64,000 nt of DNA from Raillietiella orientalis (taxonomy: Eukaryota), in the NCBI GenBank assembly GCA_036172245.1, contig JAYWIR010000032.1, positions 124,001-188,000 on the forward strand, read 5' to 3'. The stretch's first letter is position 1; each line of letters opens with the position of its first letter. Under the pieces are notes generated by a model. That model made no database searches. It was not told where the DNA came from and saw only the letters and a program-made list of their open reading frames with translations. The position numbers and the translations under genes were made by a program. Positions 14,340 to 27,500 of this stretch are shown here, one piece after another.

Positions 14340-15360
14340 TCTAACATGCCTGAGGACTTGACGTGGGCCGCTGATGAGACCGGCTAGGTCCTCTCACGAG
14401 GCGCAGAGAAAGATGTAACCGTAACAAATAGAAACAAAGGAAAAGTAAAAAGGTCGAAAATGGTTTTGGGGAGGACTGAAGTACTGGTCTCCCGCATCCC
14501 TAGGCGCCTGGATTGGTTTTCTTCATCCTATCCAGGATGCTGAGAAATTCTGCTTTTATTCTTGGTGTTGTACCCTACCTTGTAGCCGTCTGCAAAGAGA
14601 TCGTCGTCCAGTGGATGGCGCCCCTGCATCTCTGGCTTTTCTACTTGCGTTTCACCTTTGCACGATGATGCGCGCTTAGAAAAGGACTGCTACAGACGCA
14701 GCGAGGCGCTGACCTTCACGCAGAAATAGGCGTAGGTAAATGTCCTTAGGGTCGCCCACTGGAAGACGAAGCATTTGGGAAAGTCAACTCCACAGTCCAA
14801 CGAGGACGACACACTAGATTGTAAGATGCGGGAAGGTTTCCGTTTCACCGCACTCGACGCATCGGGCATTGACGTTCTTCGGTGTCGGATGAGACAGGCG
14901 TGCTCTGCTTAACAGTCCCCGATGCAGAAATAGCAACTTTGTCTCCTGCCCCTTCAACGGAAGGGTGCCGCTATCCCAACACGCTGAGGGCCACTCCACC
15001 TTCTCCGGTGGTATTGCGAGCAGCTCTCCCAATCGCGTAAGTACGTGAAGCGGGACGATAGAAGCGGCAGTCTCCGCTAGCTCCCGAGTCGCCCACCCCT
15101 TTAGTGGTTTTCTCCTGCCTCCTATCACGCAGGACACTAGCCAAGATGTTTCGCTCGTAGCTGTTCCCAGTATGCTTGAGTAAGGACAGAACGAGGGCAA
15201 AAGGGGTGAAAGAAACCCACAGAAACTTCCGTGGCGTGTTGAAGATCTAAAGCAGCGGCTGTCTAGAGTTAGGAATTCGAGAGTGGCAGTTGTATTCTCT
15301 TTCTCTCGCGTTCTTGATGTGCACCCACGCGGAAATTGAATCCTGAAACCAGGCATTGCA
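14340..15360 (-). mobile_element. Decayed LINE 3' portion
   Basis: PLKGWATRELAETA...LPLKGQETKLLFLHRGL...CVECGETETFPHL. Boundaries are approximate. Confidence 0.75.
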
Positions 15361-15374
15361 GTTTGCGAACAAGT

Positions 15375-15645
15375 AGCAGATCAAGATCCGCATGCCGGCA
15401 GTCGCCGCATTGTAAGGCGTTATTACTCTTCGCTATACGCGGAAGTGCCTACGGAAAATATCTTTTTAAAGAAACTTCTGCTGCAGCATGCGCCCGTTGT
15501 TAGCCAAAAGCAACACGCACGTCTAGACAGCTCCATCATGGCGGAGGAAATTTTCCCCGCAATCGCGGTGCTGAAGAGTCAAAAAGCAGCAGGAGACGAT
15601 CGACTGCACGCGGAGTTTTATCAATGCTTCGCGGCGAAGCTCGTC
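15375..15645 (+). mobile_element. Small LINE ORF2 fragment (RT N-terminal region)
   Basis: AEEIFPAIAVLKSQKAAGDDRLHAEFYQCF, a degenerate KAPGxDGLPAEFY. Confidence 0.8.
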
Positions 15646-15649
15646 TATT

Positions 15650-16185
15650 GATTCACGCTACGTGGCGCAAGCCGAACGCCTTCGGGATAAGGGCTGCCTT
15701 CAGCTGAATCGTCGTCGCGCGAGTGACCCTTCGCGCGGGGTACGAACTTCTCCACAAACTCCAGCTCGGCACCGAGTTTGTCGATGTATGGTATTTGGGG
15801 AAGTCGAAGTTTTGCGAAATGTGTAAGACGTTCGGGCATCTCTTTCTGAGATGCCCGGACGCATTATGCCCCACGTGCGGAGTTAAGAGCCACATTAAAG
15901 TGACGTGACCGATGAACGTCGCTCCACAGCCGTCGGAATCTTCCCAAATTTCTAAGGAGAAGACAGTAGCTGAAATAAATGTTAATCTAATCGCGGAAAG
16001 ACCGGCGACCAAAAATTCGTGCAGCAAGAAACGGACTCAGTAAAAGAAATTCCGAAACAGACTGCCGACGTGGAAGGCTGGCGACTGGTCTCCCGAAAAA
16101 TTAAATTAATTAAAAAAACTGCCCCTCCCCTGCGACCATATCCAAAGTCAAGGCCAAGGCCGCGCCTCGCAAAGGCATGAAGAAG
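15650..16185 (+). mobile_element. LINE ORF1 fragment with two CCHC zinc knuckles
   Basis: CEMCKTFGHLFLRCPDALCPTCGVKSHIKVT (CX2CX4HX4C), followed by a basic WRLV..K region. Confidence 0.8.
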
Positions 16186-17927
16186 TTTATCAACCGGAGG
16201 TGCCAGGGCACTAATTCGGAACAAATAAGAGTACATGTTACTTTCCTGTGATGAACCCAAGGGCTCACCATCCACAACAGCAAGCTAGTTGCCGGCGCAA
16301 ACACCGGTGAGGTCCATCCAACGCGCAGGCTAGGAAGAATTAAAACAAAAAACATTCAAAAGGAGAAATGTAAAGAGGCCTAAAAGTTTTTGGAGTGAAA
16401 AGAGGCGAGGATGGGATCACATTGCGCGTGAATTGGTCCTCTATATCCTATTTAGGATCCTATCGAGCTGAGTCCCGTTCACACCCAGGTGGGAATATCT
16501 GGAGAGCTTCGTTGCGAATATTCGCATCCACTGTGTGGCATTCCTGCCATTCGTGCTTCATCAACACGCTTTCCATGCTGCCACGATTCCGCGTATGCAG
16601 TACAGCACTGCTGAGGAAACGGCCGGTGGCAAGAAGGCACGGGAGAAAAGTCGCCGGAAAATGTACCTCCGTCAATGTTCAGGGTCGTAGCAAGACGATC
16701 CCAGAGGGGGCGGAGGCCGACGAATTCCACAAGAAGCAGGTGGAAGGTCTCCTTCTATCCGCACTGTGCACAAAAGGCACCCACACTCCGAAGAGTTCAG
16801 TGGGGCAGCACCGTTGCCACTGGTGTCGTGTCCGCCCAAGTGCTTCCGGTGGGACACACGTTCATGTTCCGCAGCGTGCAGCGGGTGTAGATGCCGGTAC
16901 GCAGGAAGTTGCAGGATTCTCCACTGATCTTGTTTAACTTTGTCTACGTTCCAACTGTTTCTACCAGCCATGGGCTGAAGTTGGCGGGGCTGCAGGCCTT
17001 CCATCCGTTCTCCGTTGTCAGGTTGGCCATACGTCCCAGGAGAAGTCCGCATCTTCATACTTTCCTGCCGGGGCACAGAAAAAAAGATGCGAGTCCTTCA
17101 ATCCCGGACACATGTCTGGCGAGAAATCGGGCCGGAACGCACCAAGGGGTGTTTCACATCTTCGCTGCGATGGCTAGAGTACGCCACCGCACCTGTGTTT
17201 CGACGAGCTCCATCGTCAGCACGCTAGGACCTCCGTCCCGACGTGGAGCGCAAAAGTACTTTAAAGGCACACGAGGCCTGCCTCCGCCCTACAGGGCGAT
17301 ACGTAGTAGGTCATTCGTTCTATTCTTCAATTCACGGGGTATGGGGCAGACAAAAAGCAGGGGGTGAAGGAGGAGGGATGCGAACGCGTTTCACACCGCA
17401 GCCCGTTTCGCCAAGTAGAGCTTGCCTTGCCGGAACGGACCGATCGCCAGCGATGCTTCTTGGAGGCGGACGGACCTGGCTTCTGCGGAGCAGAAAATCC
17501 CCAGCGGTACGCCAAGGTACTTGATGCACCTGCCCGTGGGAAACCACAAACGGATACAGTCGGACCGTGGAGCCCACGCGAAGTTTACGAAAATTATACA
17601 CCACTGCACCTTTTCACCTCCAGGCTCGTCCCACGGCGAGAAAACTTTAAGACATACTCAAACGCGCACGCCGGGGAGGACCCGGGGAGCAGCAGCAGAG
17701 GATCGTCTGCGTAGGCCGACACGGCAGACGCGCCGGGGTACGAGCTCGGCAGGGTAGACAGAGTATCCCTGTATGCACTCAGCACCAGCTCCAAGTAGAT
17801 GCTGAGTAGCAAGGGACTCAACCCGGTTCACTGGTCAACAAATTAAAGTTGTGTGCCGCCCTGCTCACCTCGATGACCAGGACTCTCTCGTGATTCGGCC
17901 CATCTGGTTTAAGGCGAACGTTGAAAT
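16186..17927 (-). mobile_element. LINE 3' half with an internal deletion at ~17820; host of the element ending at 17928
   Basis: SPLLLSIYLELVL...SAYADD and IKYLGVPLG. The short EN piece FNVRLKPDG at 17820-17927 is joined directly to RT motif B. 3' terminus rc CCGGTTGATAAA. Confidence 0.85.
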
Positions 17928-20873
17928 TTTTCTTACCGGGTCACGCCGAGACGTTTATTGATAAAAACTATCTGGAAAACAAATGTTTCCAGACAGCGAT
18001 TACAAATACTAAAAACGTAGATTCACCATTGGCACGCAGGCCTGATAAACTAAAGCACCTGAAAGAATGGGGGAAGGGGGGACTACAGACAAAAAAGAAC
18101 AGTCTAAATGGGAGGAATGGGGCAGGGAACTTTGGTGACGCTTTGCAGTCAAAAGAAAAAACAAAGCGGAAGCACCAAAGCACAACGGAGCGAATGAAAG
18201 GAGGGATGAGACAACAAAAATACAGTTTAAAGGAAATGAAGGTGGATCACGGGGTTGGTCGTTGGGAACCGTTGAGCATGCGGCGATGGATGCCAGTTAG
18301 CTCCTCCGTTGCGTTTTCAATCAAGTGTCGCCACCCAGCTGCCGACCTAATGAAGTCAACTGCCTTCCTGCTGACACAACATTGCAGCCCAGTGTTCTCC
18401 AGCACGTCTCGGATTGTGACGATGGCGCGGATGCAACCAACTGTCGAAATCAACGCAGCCGTCGAAAGTCCTCGCGCTTGGAAAAATCGTCGCTGCACTT
18501 CTTGGGCGGTGGCCCCCAGTGCATGGAGAGCTGCTGCACACCTCCGCCAGAGTTCCTGGAGTACACCCCAGTCCATAACAATGTGCGAGAACGACTCCAT
18601 CGCGGGGCAAAGTAGGGTACAGCCAGCCCAAAGGCAGCTCGTTGGCGCCGCTCGTTGTAGCGCAAGCGCCAGTGCAAGAAGAGCAAGACGTCTTGCTTCC
18701 ATACAAGGGAAAACACTGAACCGTCCAAACACCAGAGAGAGATTATAAGCTCCCCGGGACCAACACCAAGAGCATCTCCGCAACGAAGTAACCCCTTTGG
18801 TGTAGCACGAAGAGTGGCGTCATCCGCAATCTCGCTCTTGGCCCATTAGCCAATTAGTTTGGTTCTTTCTGCAATGATGCAGGAGAACTTTTACCTTGCA
18901 GGCTGACTACTGTCATTTCCAACCTTGAGGAAAGACAGCTCAGGCAAGGGGCGTGGCGGCCAAGGAGGAAAACTTCACCTCGTCCTCCATGACATCTTCA
19001 AGCGACCAAGTTTGGAATCCACGCAAGGGGCGAAGATCTTCACAGCTCATTTCTAAGAATGCACCCAAAGAATCCATGGATTCCTGCCGCCATGCATTAT
19101 AGTTCATTGGGCAGCAGGAAACCCACGTATTGGCTTTCAAGAGGGTGGCGATTTACCTCAACGGATAGCCAAACCCCTGTTTCTTGTGGCGCAAGACTGG
19201 CACCTAGGAAAGAAGTCCTTCACTGCCTGCACACCTCCTTAGGAGGATGCGCACAGGCGCACACAGGGGAGAGTCCATAGATCGGCACACAGTGAGAGCA
19301 TTCGGAACTGCACTTCCAGTCCGATTCTCTCCATTGTAAGAAGGCCAAGGCCAGCATCCGGAAGTGTAGCAGTGAGGTATTTCAGACGTATCCTCGATCG
19401 CGGCCTACCGCTGAGAGCGTTCCTTAACAGGGGTTTGCCCCCTTTTTGGCCGCGTAGGACGGGTCCAAGATTAATAAAAGGGGTCAGATGAGGGGGGCCA
19501 CGAAGGTGTTCCAAATAGCCGCAAGTTCCAGAAAGGTGGAATCCCCGTTAATGAACGGGCTGGCGACCAACTCTGCCTTAGGAAGGCAGTCCGACCACGC
19601 TTCGGCAGCGCCCAGGTCGCCCTACGGAACGCAAAGGTACCTGAAGTACCCTGCCCTAGGGATCCCCATGTAAATCCATTCGGACTGCTTCCCCCACGAC
19701 GCTCCTACAGAAACGACCCCGCTCTTTTTCTTGCTCACCCTCGAAGTTTAGGGAAATCTTCAAAACTGGACGTTGGGGTGGTCAAGTGGAGCAGAATCAG
19801 CAGCTCAAATGCATAGACAGTCACTGCAGGTGTTCCCGTGCAAGAGCTAAGCAGGTATTCCAGCATCAGCCTATAAGCCCTCAGCACCAAATCAAAGAAG
19901 ATGATTAAGAACAACGAGCTCCAACTGTCAACCTGCCTGTTGCCCCTGCGCACGGGAATAACGTACACGTGGCAGCCGCTGAATCAAATGCAAGTTAGCG
20001 CGTGAAGCCAGCATGCACGCAGGTAATTCAGGAGTTGCACCGGGAGACCCAGCCGTTATAAAAGCTCTAATAGGAGTCCTTGGTTTACGCAATCGAACGC
20101 CATGTGCTGGTCAACTGCGACCGCCAAGGCACCCGAAGTACCCTCCTGCCGCTTCTGTCGATACCGTGTGCCTTTGGCGGCGGCCTTGGACATGGATCTG
20201 CTTTGCTGCGCTACGCGTTCCTGCAGCAGCATCCAGGTTTGGGCAAACAGCAGGTTCGCGTCCATGGACCGCCTGAAAACACAGTAAGTCTGCTCCGGGC
20301 TCAGCAAGGACTGTGCGATTCTCCCTAGCCGCGCAACCCACATGTTGGAGAACAGCTTGACGTCCGAGTTCATCAGGGTGACCGGACTCCAGTTGCTTAG
20401 ATGGCGTCCCTCTCCACCTTTCGGCAGGGGACGCACCCACGCTAAGTGGAAGGAATTGGGGGAATCCCCAGAATCCCTTATCAACGACGAGAGGCGAGGC
20501 ACCAGGGGAACGAGCTTCCCCTTGAGCTTCGCGATGGCGGAGGAAATTTCCTCCGCCGTGAAGGACTCTTTGAGACGTGAGCGTTCCTCTTCTCTAACAA
20601 CGGGAGCATCCTGCCACAGAAGTATCTCCAATAAGATATTCATGGTAGGCGCTTCCGCGTATACCGAGGAGTAATTACTTTTTAATATGCGGCAAATACC
20701 GGATGGAGTCGAGAACTCTAGTTGTTTTTGTCGACTGAGCAAGATGCTGCATATTCTTAGTCTTGGCGCTTTCCCCTTGTATTCCGCAAGCCGGTTGATA
20801 TCAGCGAGTCTGGAAAAGGTGCTCGCCTGCAGGAAAGTCCCGCTGTTGGCGACCTCTGCTCCGCAGCCCACGG
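17928..20873 (-). mobile_element. LINE ORF2 and 3'UTR (subfamily 'Z', C-terminus QRPTP), interrupted at the EN-RT linker
   Basis: RT motifs LPKGGEGRHLSNWSPVTLMNSDVK and VDQHMAFD; 3' end rc AATAAACGTCTCGGCGTGACCCGGTAAGAAAA. Confidence 0.9.
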
Positions 20874-20874
20874 A

Positions 20875-22867
20875 AAGCGGACGTGTTTTTCCTTCGCTCC
20901 CGAAAGAGACGAAAGGAAGGCGTTTCTACTGAGTGTGGTGCTTTGTGCACATCGTTGGTGTCCGAAGGAAACCTTGCCTGAGGACACCACGGTAGAGGTA
21001 GGTGTGGGGAGGCTTGTCCACTCCAACAACCTACAGAGTCATGGGCATCCGCTCAAGAATCGCTCTCATTGCCCAAGGCGAGTATGTGGAGCACCATGGT
21101 ATCCGCGCCTAGAGCGGAAGCAATGGCCGAGAAGGCCGCTTACAAGGCAGTGGAGTATAAACCCTCGCTGGTCTATCAGGTAAGCAATTTTTTCGATTAG
21201 CGAACTGCACGCTGCTTTACGAAGGCGCTGCAGAACGCCAATGTTTTGCAGAACGTTCAGCGAGTCGGAATTGTCTGTAAAAGTCTTGGCGCAGAGTCTG
21301 ATGAGCACCCCGCTAAACTTGGATGGGCACTAGATTTCGCCAGTCACAATGGACCGCTCCGTAGTGGTCCATCTGAACAGCATCACCAACCGTATGACGC
21401 GGTCTGCGGTTGGTGATGAGTTGAAGAAATGCGGCAAGTGGCATGAGCTGTGGACTTAACCCACGAACCTTGAAGGCTACAATGGCCTTTTTGGGGACCA
21501 ACCGCTGCGCGTGTCACCGTGAAAAAAAACTGTGGTTTTCCCCACAAACTGGAGGTAGCGCCAGAGAGTGTGGACCTCTGGTAGGTGGGAAAGCCCCGGT
21601 ACTGCGGCTACTGTGATGCCGTGGGACACATTCGCAAGGGGTGTGCTAACATACAGTGCCATATGTGAAGGAAGAAGGGCCACGTTCGGCGTGTGTGCCC
21701 CAAGCGAACCACCCCGGTTCTCCCTGCCGCAAGAAAAGGGCAGGGGAAACGTGCATGGAAGATCGCAATACCTAAGGAGGAATGTGAACGGAGGAAGCTG
21801 CCAGCACTTCAACCTACGGGGTAAAAGTCGCAGGGAAAACCTTACCACGTAGCGGAAGGCGAAGAGGTCTGGAAGCTTGTAAAGGCCAAAATGCAGTAGA
21901 AGGTTCCAATCATGGAACTAGTAAGAACTAGTGTAAAACAGGCCATCACAAGGAAAAAACCCGTACCGCGCTCTAAAATTCTTCGTAAGTGCTCGGTGGT
22001 ACTTGAACGGATTGCCGTTCCTGAGGATGCCACTTGGGGCGACGAGACTCCTCTAGCCGTTTCCGCCGTGCTGGAGGTTCGTGACGGCGTTCCCTCTCTT
22101 TGCCAGAGGGTGAGCCGCGAGACGCGGGCGTCGAAAATGAGGAACCCGCGTTCGCGCAGGCGGCGGAGGAGCTCGCGGCAACGCGGGCGGAGCGCGAGAA
22201 CCCCTCGCGCAAGGCAGTGAGAAGGCCGGCTCCGGTGAAAAAGACGTCCAAAGGTGAGTACGAACTTGGGGTCGGAAGCTTATCCTTTTCTGCGGAGGCA
22301 CCCACCAGAAAGTCGTGACGCAAGTACCAGAAGCTCAGGAGGCGCCTCCCCTGCATCAACGAGGAGGAGAAGCCGGAAGGCAGCGGCAGCGTGGAATTTC
22401 AGGAGGAAGAATTCCAACGCACGGGAGCCGTGGAGAAGGTCACCACCATGGAGGAGGGTGAGCAGGGGGGCGATGTCCTCCTTGTTTTCGCCCATCATGC
22501 AAAGACCGCCCACATGGAAGAGGGCCAGCAGGTAGGCGCGACCAAACTTGGGGGTGCTCCGACCGACGCGCCAACACCCACGGAGGAGAGGGACCAGGTG
22601 CCCTCAGCACACCCCCTACTACACCAAGCGTCACGCACCAGCAGGTGGCCGACGTCGCACTACCACCTTTCCAGAATCCACACCTGGACACGCCAGTCGC
22701 CGTGGGATTCGCGCTGCCTGTTGGAATGTCAACAAGCTGCGCCACAATAGCAACAGGAGAGATACAGCCGACACCCTGCGTGAGCTCGACCTGTCCCTGC
22801 TGCAAGATATCCACGTGTCACCAAGGCGGACGTCCAGGAGATCGAGACGATCGCGAGGAGTGGGTTG
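20875..22867 (+). mobile_element. LINE 5' part (subfamily 'Y'): 5'UTR, ORF1 pseudogene and start of EN
   Basis: 5' motif aagcggacgtgtttttcc; zinc-knuckle remnant at ~21600; CWNVNKLR...LLQDIH (APE domains I-II). Confidence 0.9.
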
Positions 22868-24507
22868 TTTATCAACCGGGTGTGGCTGGACGTTCATTGG
22901 AAAACAATCCAAAAACAGCTTTTCCGGACAAAGTATACAGAGAAGACGGAGGGATCTTTGACAGGCAGGTCCGTATAACGATAGTCTGGAACCGAAAGGA
23001 GAGGATCACAAATATACTTCTATAAAAAATAAAAACAAAAATATGGAGAGCAGGGGATAGGGGTGAACGCAACAGAGTTCCTGAAGGGAAACATCCTGGT
23101 GCATTTCCAGCCATGCAACGTGTTCTGACGCCAGGATTCAAAGTTCGTTGGGCCGCAGGGGGATTCATCGCAGGGCTGCCAGGAGACGGTATAGCGGATT
23201 CATCCGGGAACCGTACCTTCTCGTGGCGAGCTCCTTATGAGTCCGATGCGACAGAAGTGCTTCCAGTGCAGCGCCGCAGGAGGAGATGCTCGGAAGCGCA
23301 CCACGGAGTGAACCATAGCTGGGCGCAAAGTGCCAGCTTGCAGAACTGTACTAGCAGTACGATCCGCCCGAGCGCCACCATGCCCAATCCTGCATCCCGC
23401 CGAGGAGCCGCCAATACCCTGAAGCAGATCCTGGAACTCCTCGGTCCCCACAAATCGTTTCGCAACAAGGGTTGCGCCAATAGCTTAGCCGAGTAAAAAG
23501 AAGGACAAACAAAAACGATGGGACGGATGAGAGTGGCAACGGAAATTTTCCACACGAAGGCCCGTTCTGACAGGAGGAACCTGCCGCTTAGGGACTGCCC
23601 TTACAAGGCCGCCAGTGCTCTCGGCACCCAGAGCACTCGCGGCCTTGTAAGGGCAGTCCAACCACGCCTTAACTGGACAGAAGGCGCCCAAGCGAACGCC
23701 AAGGTACTTCGAGCACCTGCCTGTAGGGACTCCCAGGTGCATACAGGCAGACTGCCCCTCACACGTAGAGGCAACGGGTACAACGGTTGATACCCTTCAA
23801 TTCACACTCAGGCACGCTCCCCGACGAATGAGCTCGAAGGAGCCTTCGAACAAGGACGCCAAGGCGCACATCGGTAGCAGTAGGAGAAGGTCGTCCGCAT
23901 CGGCGGCCACGGACGAAGTTCCCAGACAGGAGCTCGGCGGGATGGCCAGCGTCAGCCAGTACGCCCTCAGCACCAACTCAAAGAAAATGCTGAACAGCGG
24001 GGAGCTTAAGCTGTCTCCCTGCCTGATACCCCGCCGTATGGGAATGCCTTTCACGCTGCGCCTGCTAAAAGAGATACAGCATAACGCGTGGCGCCACCAG
24101 GAACGCAAGTAAGCGATGAGGTGCGTCGAGAGGTCTAGGCGTCCCAGAAGCTCCACAAGGAGGTCCTGGTTTACGCTGACGAACGCTTTGCAGAGATTGA
24201 CGGCGACCGCTAAGGCTTTCGGCGTTCCATCGCGCGCTGAACATCGCCGCTTGCCTTTGACAGCCGCGCTTTCGGCTACCTGGCTCTGCTGCTCCACGCG
24301 CTTCTGTAACTCGAACCATGTTCGCGCAAAGAAGACACATGCGTCCATGGACCGCCCCGGAACAGCATACGTCTGCTCCGGACTTACCAAGGACTCCGCG
24401 ATTCTATCCAGCCGCGCGAATAGCTTCGAGAACAACTTGACGTCCGAATTCACCAAGGTAATCGGATGCCAGTTACTGAGGTGGCGCCAATCCCCGCCTT
24501 TCGGCAA
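22868..24507 (-). mobile_element. Internally deleted LINE RT and 3' fragment
   Basis: PKGGDWRHLSNWHPITLVNSDVK, RRGIRQGDSLS and ADADDLL; 3' terminus rc CCCGGTTGATAAA. Confidence 0.88.
23592..23659. repeat. Near-perfect hairpin with 30-bp arms (one mismatch) and an 8-nt loop
   Basis: ggactgcccttacaaggccgccagtgctct-cggcaccc-agagcactcgcggccttgtaagggcagtcc. Confidence 0.9.
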
Positions 24508-27500
24508 GGACGCTCGCCCAGGTCGCTGCCCTCGCGGTTACAATGGGAACTTCGCCCGACAGCCCTCAGCTGCAGGCGTATGTAGCAAATGGCTACACGC
24601 CTGCACTCAGGTATAAGGTAAGTGTCCTTATGCCTGAGCGGGATGAGCGCGAGTTTGCCCAGGAACTCCAACGGATTGGAGTTCAGAAAGGCCAGCTGGA
24701 GTCCATCATGCCCATGAGTTTGTGCGGTTACTGGGAGGTTTCCAGTTAAGACGCTCTCCTTACGCAGCGTTTACTGCACACGCCGCTGCTTATTAATGGA
24801 CAGGAAATACGCTCTATCACCACGGATCAATCGTTTCTTATCCGCCTGAGTGGAGGGAGCAAGGGCCTTTCGGACCGCCAGGTCGTGAAGGCCGGCCCCA
24901 TCCGTTCACGCGCTTCGGAGGCTGCCAAATCCTGCTGAGGGTTTCGAAGACCACCACAGCGGGCTCGCGGAAGTGCGAGTGACGATAGAGGTTCTTCGGA
25001 CAATGCCCACGCGGCTGCAGGTGGATGGAATCACTGTCCGTCTGTGGTTCGCGGGGCAAACGCTTGTGTGCCCGGAATGCGGGCAGGACGGTCACCGCCT
25101 TACGAATTGTCGCTCGGCCGCTTGACGTTACTGCCACGAGCCTGGGCACACAAAAGAAACGTACTCGGAGCTCCTTTTAAAGAACGAAAAGCGAAAGAAC
25201 GAAGCACGTTTCGCATCGCGAAATAAACGCCGCGTATCGAGGAATACAAACCTGAAAACTTCCGAGAGCGTTGCGAAAACCGCGAGCGCGCATGAGGAGA
25301 AAACTCTTTGCCCCTCCACAGAAAAGGGAAGAAAAACACAAAAAAACTCGTCGCGGCGAAGCCTCAGGCTACGAAGCCGACGGAAGCTCGCGAAGATTGC
25401 AAACATTCACAGAGACCTCGCAGCGAATTTTTCAAAGCATAAGAAAGTGCGCCGCAGGGCAAGAAGCCTCCTACTGTCGGCATCGCGACCGCGAAGCTCC
25501 CTATCAAGGCCTCGGCAAGTGGCGAGGAATGCGGTCGCTCGCCCGATACGAGAAAATCGCACCCGCGGGCAAAGAAATCCGTGCCGGATAAACCTACCGC
25601 GGCCAAGGTGCACCAGGAGCCCAGTGCCGCGAAGAAACAGCCGGCAAACCCGCAGCCTTCGCGCACGCACGCAGCGCCTGCTGCGACCAAGGAAGAAACT
25701 GCCAGGGCGAGCACAATCGCTACAGCAGTGCTCCCAGCGGTCGCAAAGGCAACGCGCGAATCAACCGATCTGGAAGAGGCAGCGCCTCACGTGATCGCTA
25801 AGGGAGTCGCTAACGCCTGCGCGGAGGCAGCACTTCAAGAGGCAGCTAAGGCAGCGCCTCTTACATCCGCGGACGAAGCATAATCTCAGGATGGCAAAGA
25901 TAACTGCGACGCGAAGGAAGACGGCTCGATGCAAATAAGAAAGGAAATTAAAAAAAAAACCATCAAGGTCCTCGCAGCTCTTTGTGAAGGTGAGTGGGCG
26001 AAAGAAACCCGCGAAACCATCCCAAAAAAAGATTGCGATCCTTTCCTCCTGTGCAGTCGTCCTCTCGCGGATGAAGCGGGAAGCTGCTGCTGCGGCTAAA
26101 AGGAAGAATGTCTAAGCCGCGGTAACAGAAAGCGCTAAGAAACAGGCATCAAATGGTTTTTCCAATTCCGCGAAACTGAAGCAGCGCCTGGCAAGCGCTC
26201 GAATGTGGGATTCTGATCCAGAGTCTAACAGAATGAGCACACAGCGCGACACTCGCCCAAAACCGCACAATCGCCTCCCGAAGACCCGCAAGCGCGTGGT
26301 TCACGGAGAGGAACTGTTGCCGGGGAGCAAAGAGGAGGGAATAGGTCTCACCTCTGAGCTACCAACAACAAGCAGGGCGGCTTCCAATGGAGATGTCCAG
26401 TCTCCAAGATCTGCCGTTCTGTCTCGTGACTGCTCCCCGGACAATGCGAGAAACCAGTGCCAACCTTCCCAGCCTTAATGCAGGAAGTCACCTCTCTTCG
26501 TCGATTTAGCGTAGCCTGCTGGAACGTCAACGGGCTGCGCAGAGACGAAAAGAGGCGCGGCGTGTCAGACACCCTGCGACAATTCGACTTGGCAATCCTT
26601 CAGCAGATGCATCACATCTCCGACGCGGAGGTTGCCGAAATTTAACAGCGCGCGGGTGGCAACCTGTACTGGCGAGAGGGTTCTGCACAATCGTGCGGAG
26701 TCGGGTTTGTCGTTAATAGTACGATGGCAGGAGCGGTGAGCAGCGTTCGATTCGACCAGCAAGGGCGAATAGGCAAACTTGTACTCAAGTGTTCAGATTC
26801 AATCGACCACGTTTTGACGAACGTATGGGCGCCAAGCGGCTTTCATCGGCGCGCCGAAAGAATCGAGTTCTTCGATGTGCTAAAGAGCCAATGCTTCAGG
26901 AAATCCGGAGCCAGAATGGAACATTTCGTAGCAGCGGACTTCAACGTCCATCTGCTTTACAACGACACGAGGTCCCTGGCGGAACGGTCGTTGGTGGAAG
27001 AGGCATGCGCGTCGGTGCACGCGCGTAATTTGGAAGCCGGCGAGCCTGCACTGGAAAGGTGCGTGGATCACGTCTACTAAGATGAACACCTACTCTCACG
27101 AGTGGGAAGGAGAGGCAGGGTGCCGTCCACGTTATCGGACCATGATAGGCTGGAGTTCGAGCTACTCCCGCCGAGCTAGGGACCTCCAAACAATGTTTAG
27201 AGGATGCCGGCGGATTGGCTGAGTCATCCGGAAGCGGCGGAGCATCTTTGCCAGTTCCTTTGCGGCTTTGGCATCCGGGAACTCGCAGACTGGGACCATC
27301 TTAAAAGATCGGTTCGCGAGTTTTGCGACCGGTTCCCCCTGCACCTGCTACCACGCGGCTTCGGGGAAGGCGTGGCCAATAGCAGAGCATTTCTGCAAGC
27401 GCGCACCTTCTCGAGTCGTGCGGAAGTCCGGCAACTCGCCGAGTACAAGGCGAGGGCGGAGCACCAGGTCTGGCAGTCTGGAGTAGCTATTCTGCTCGAC

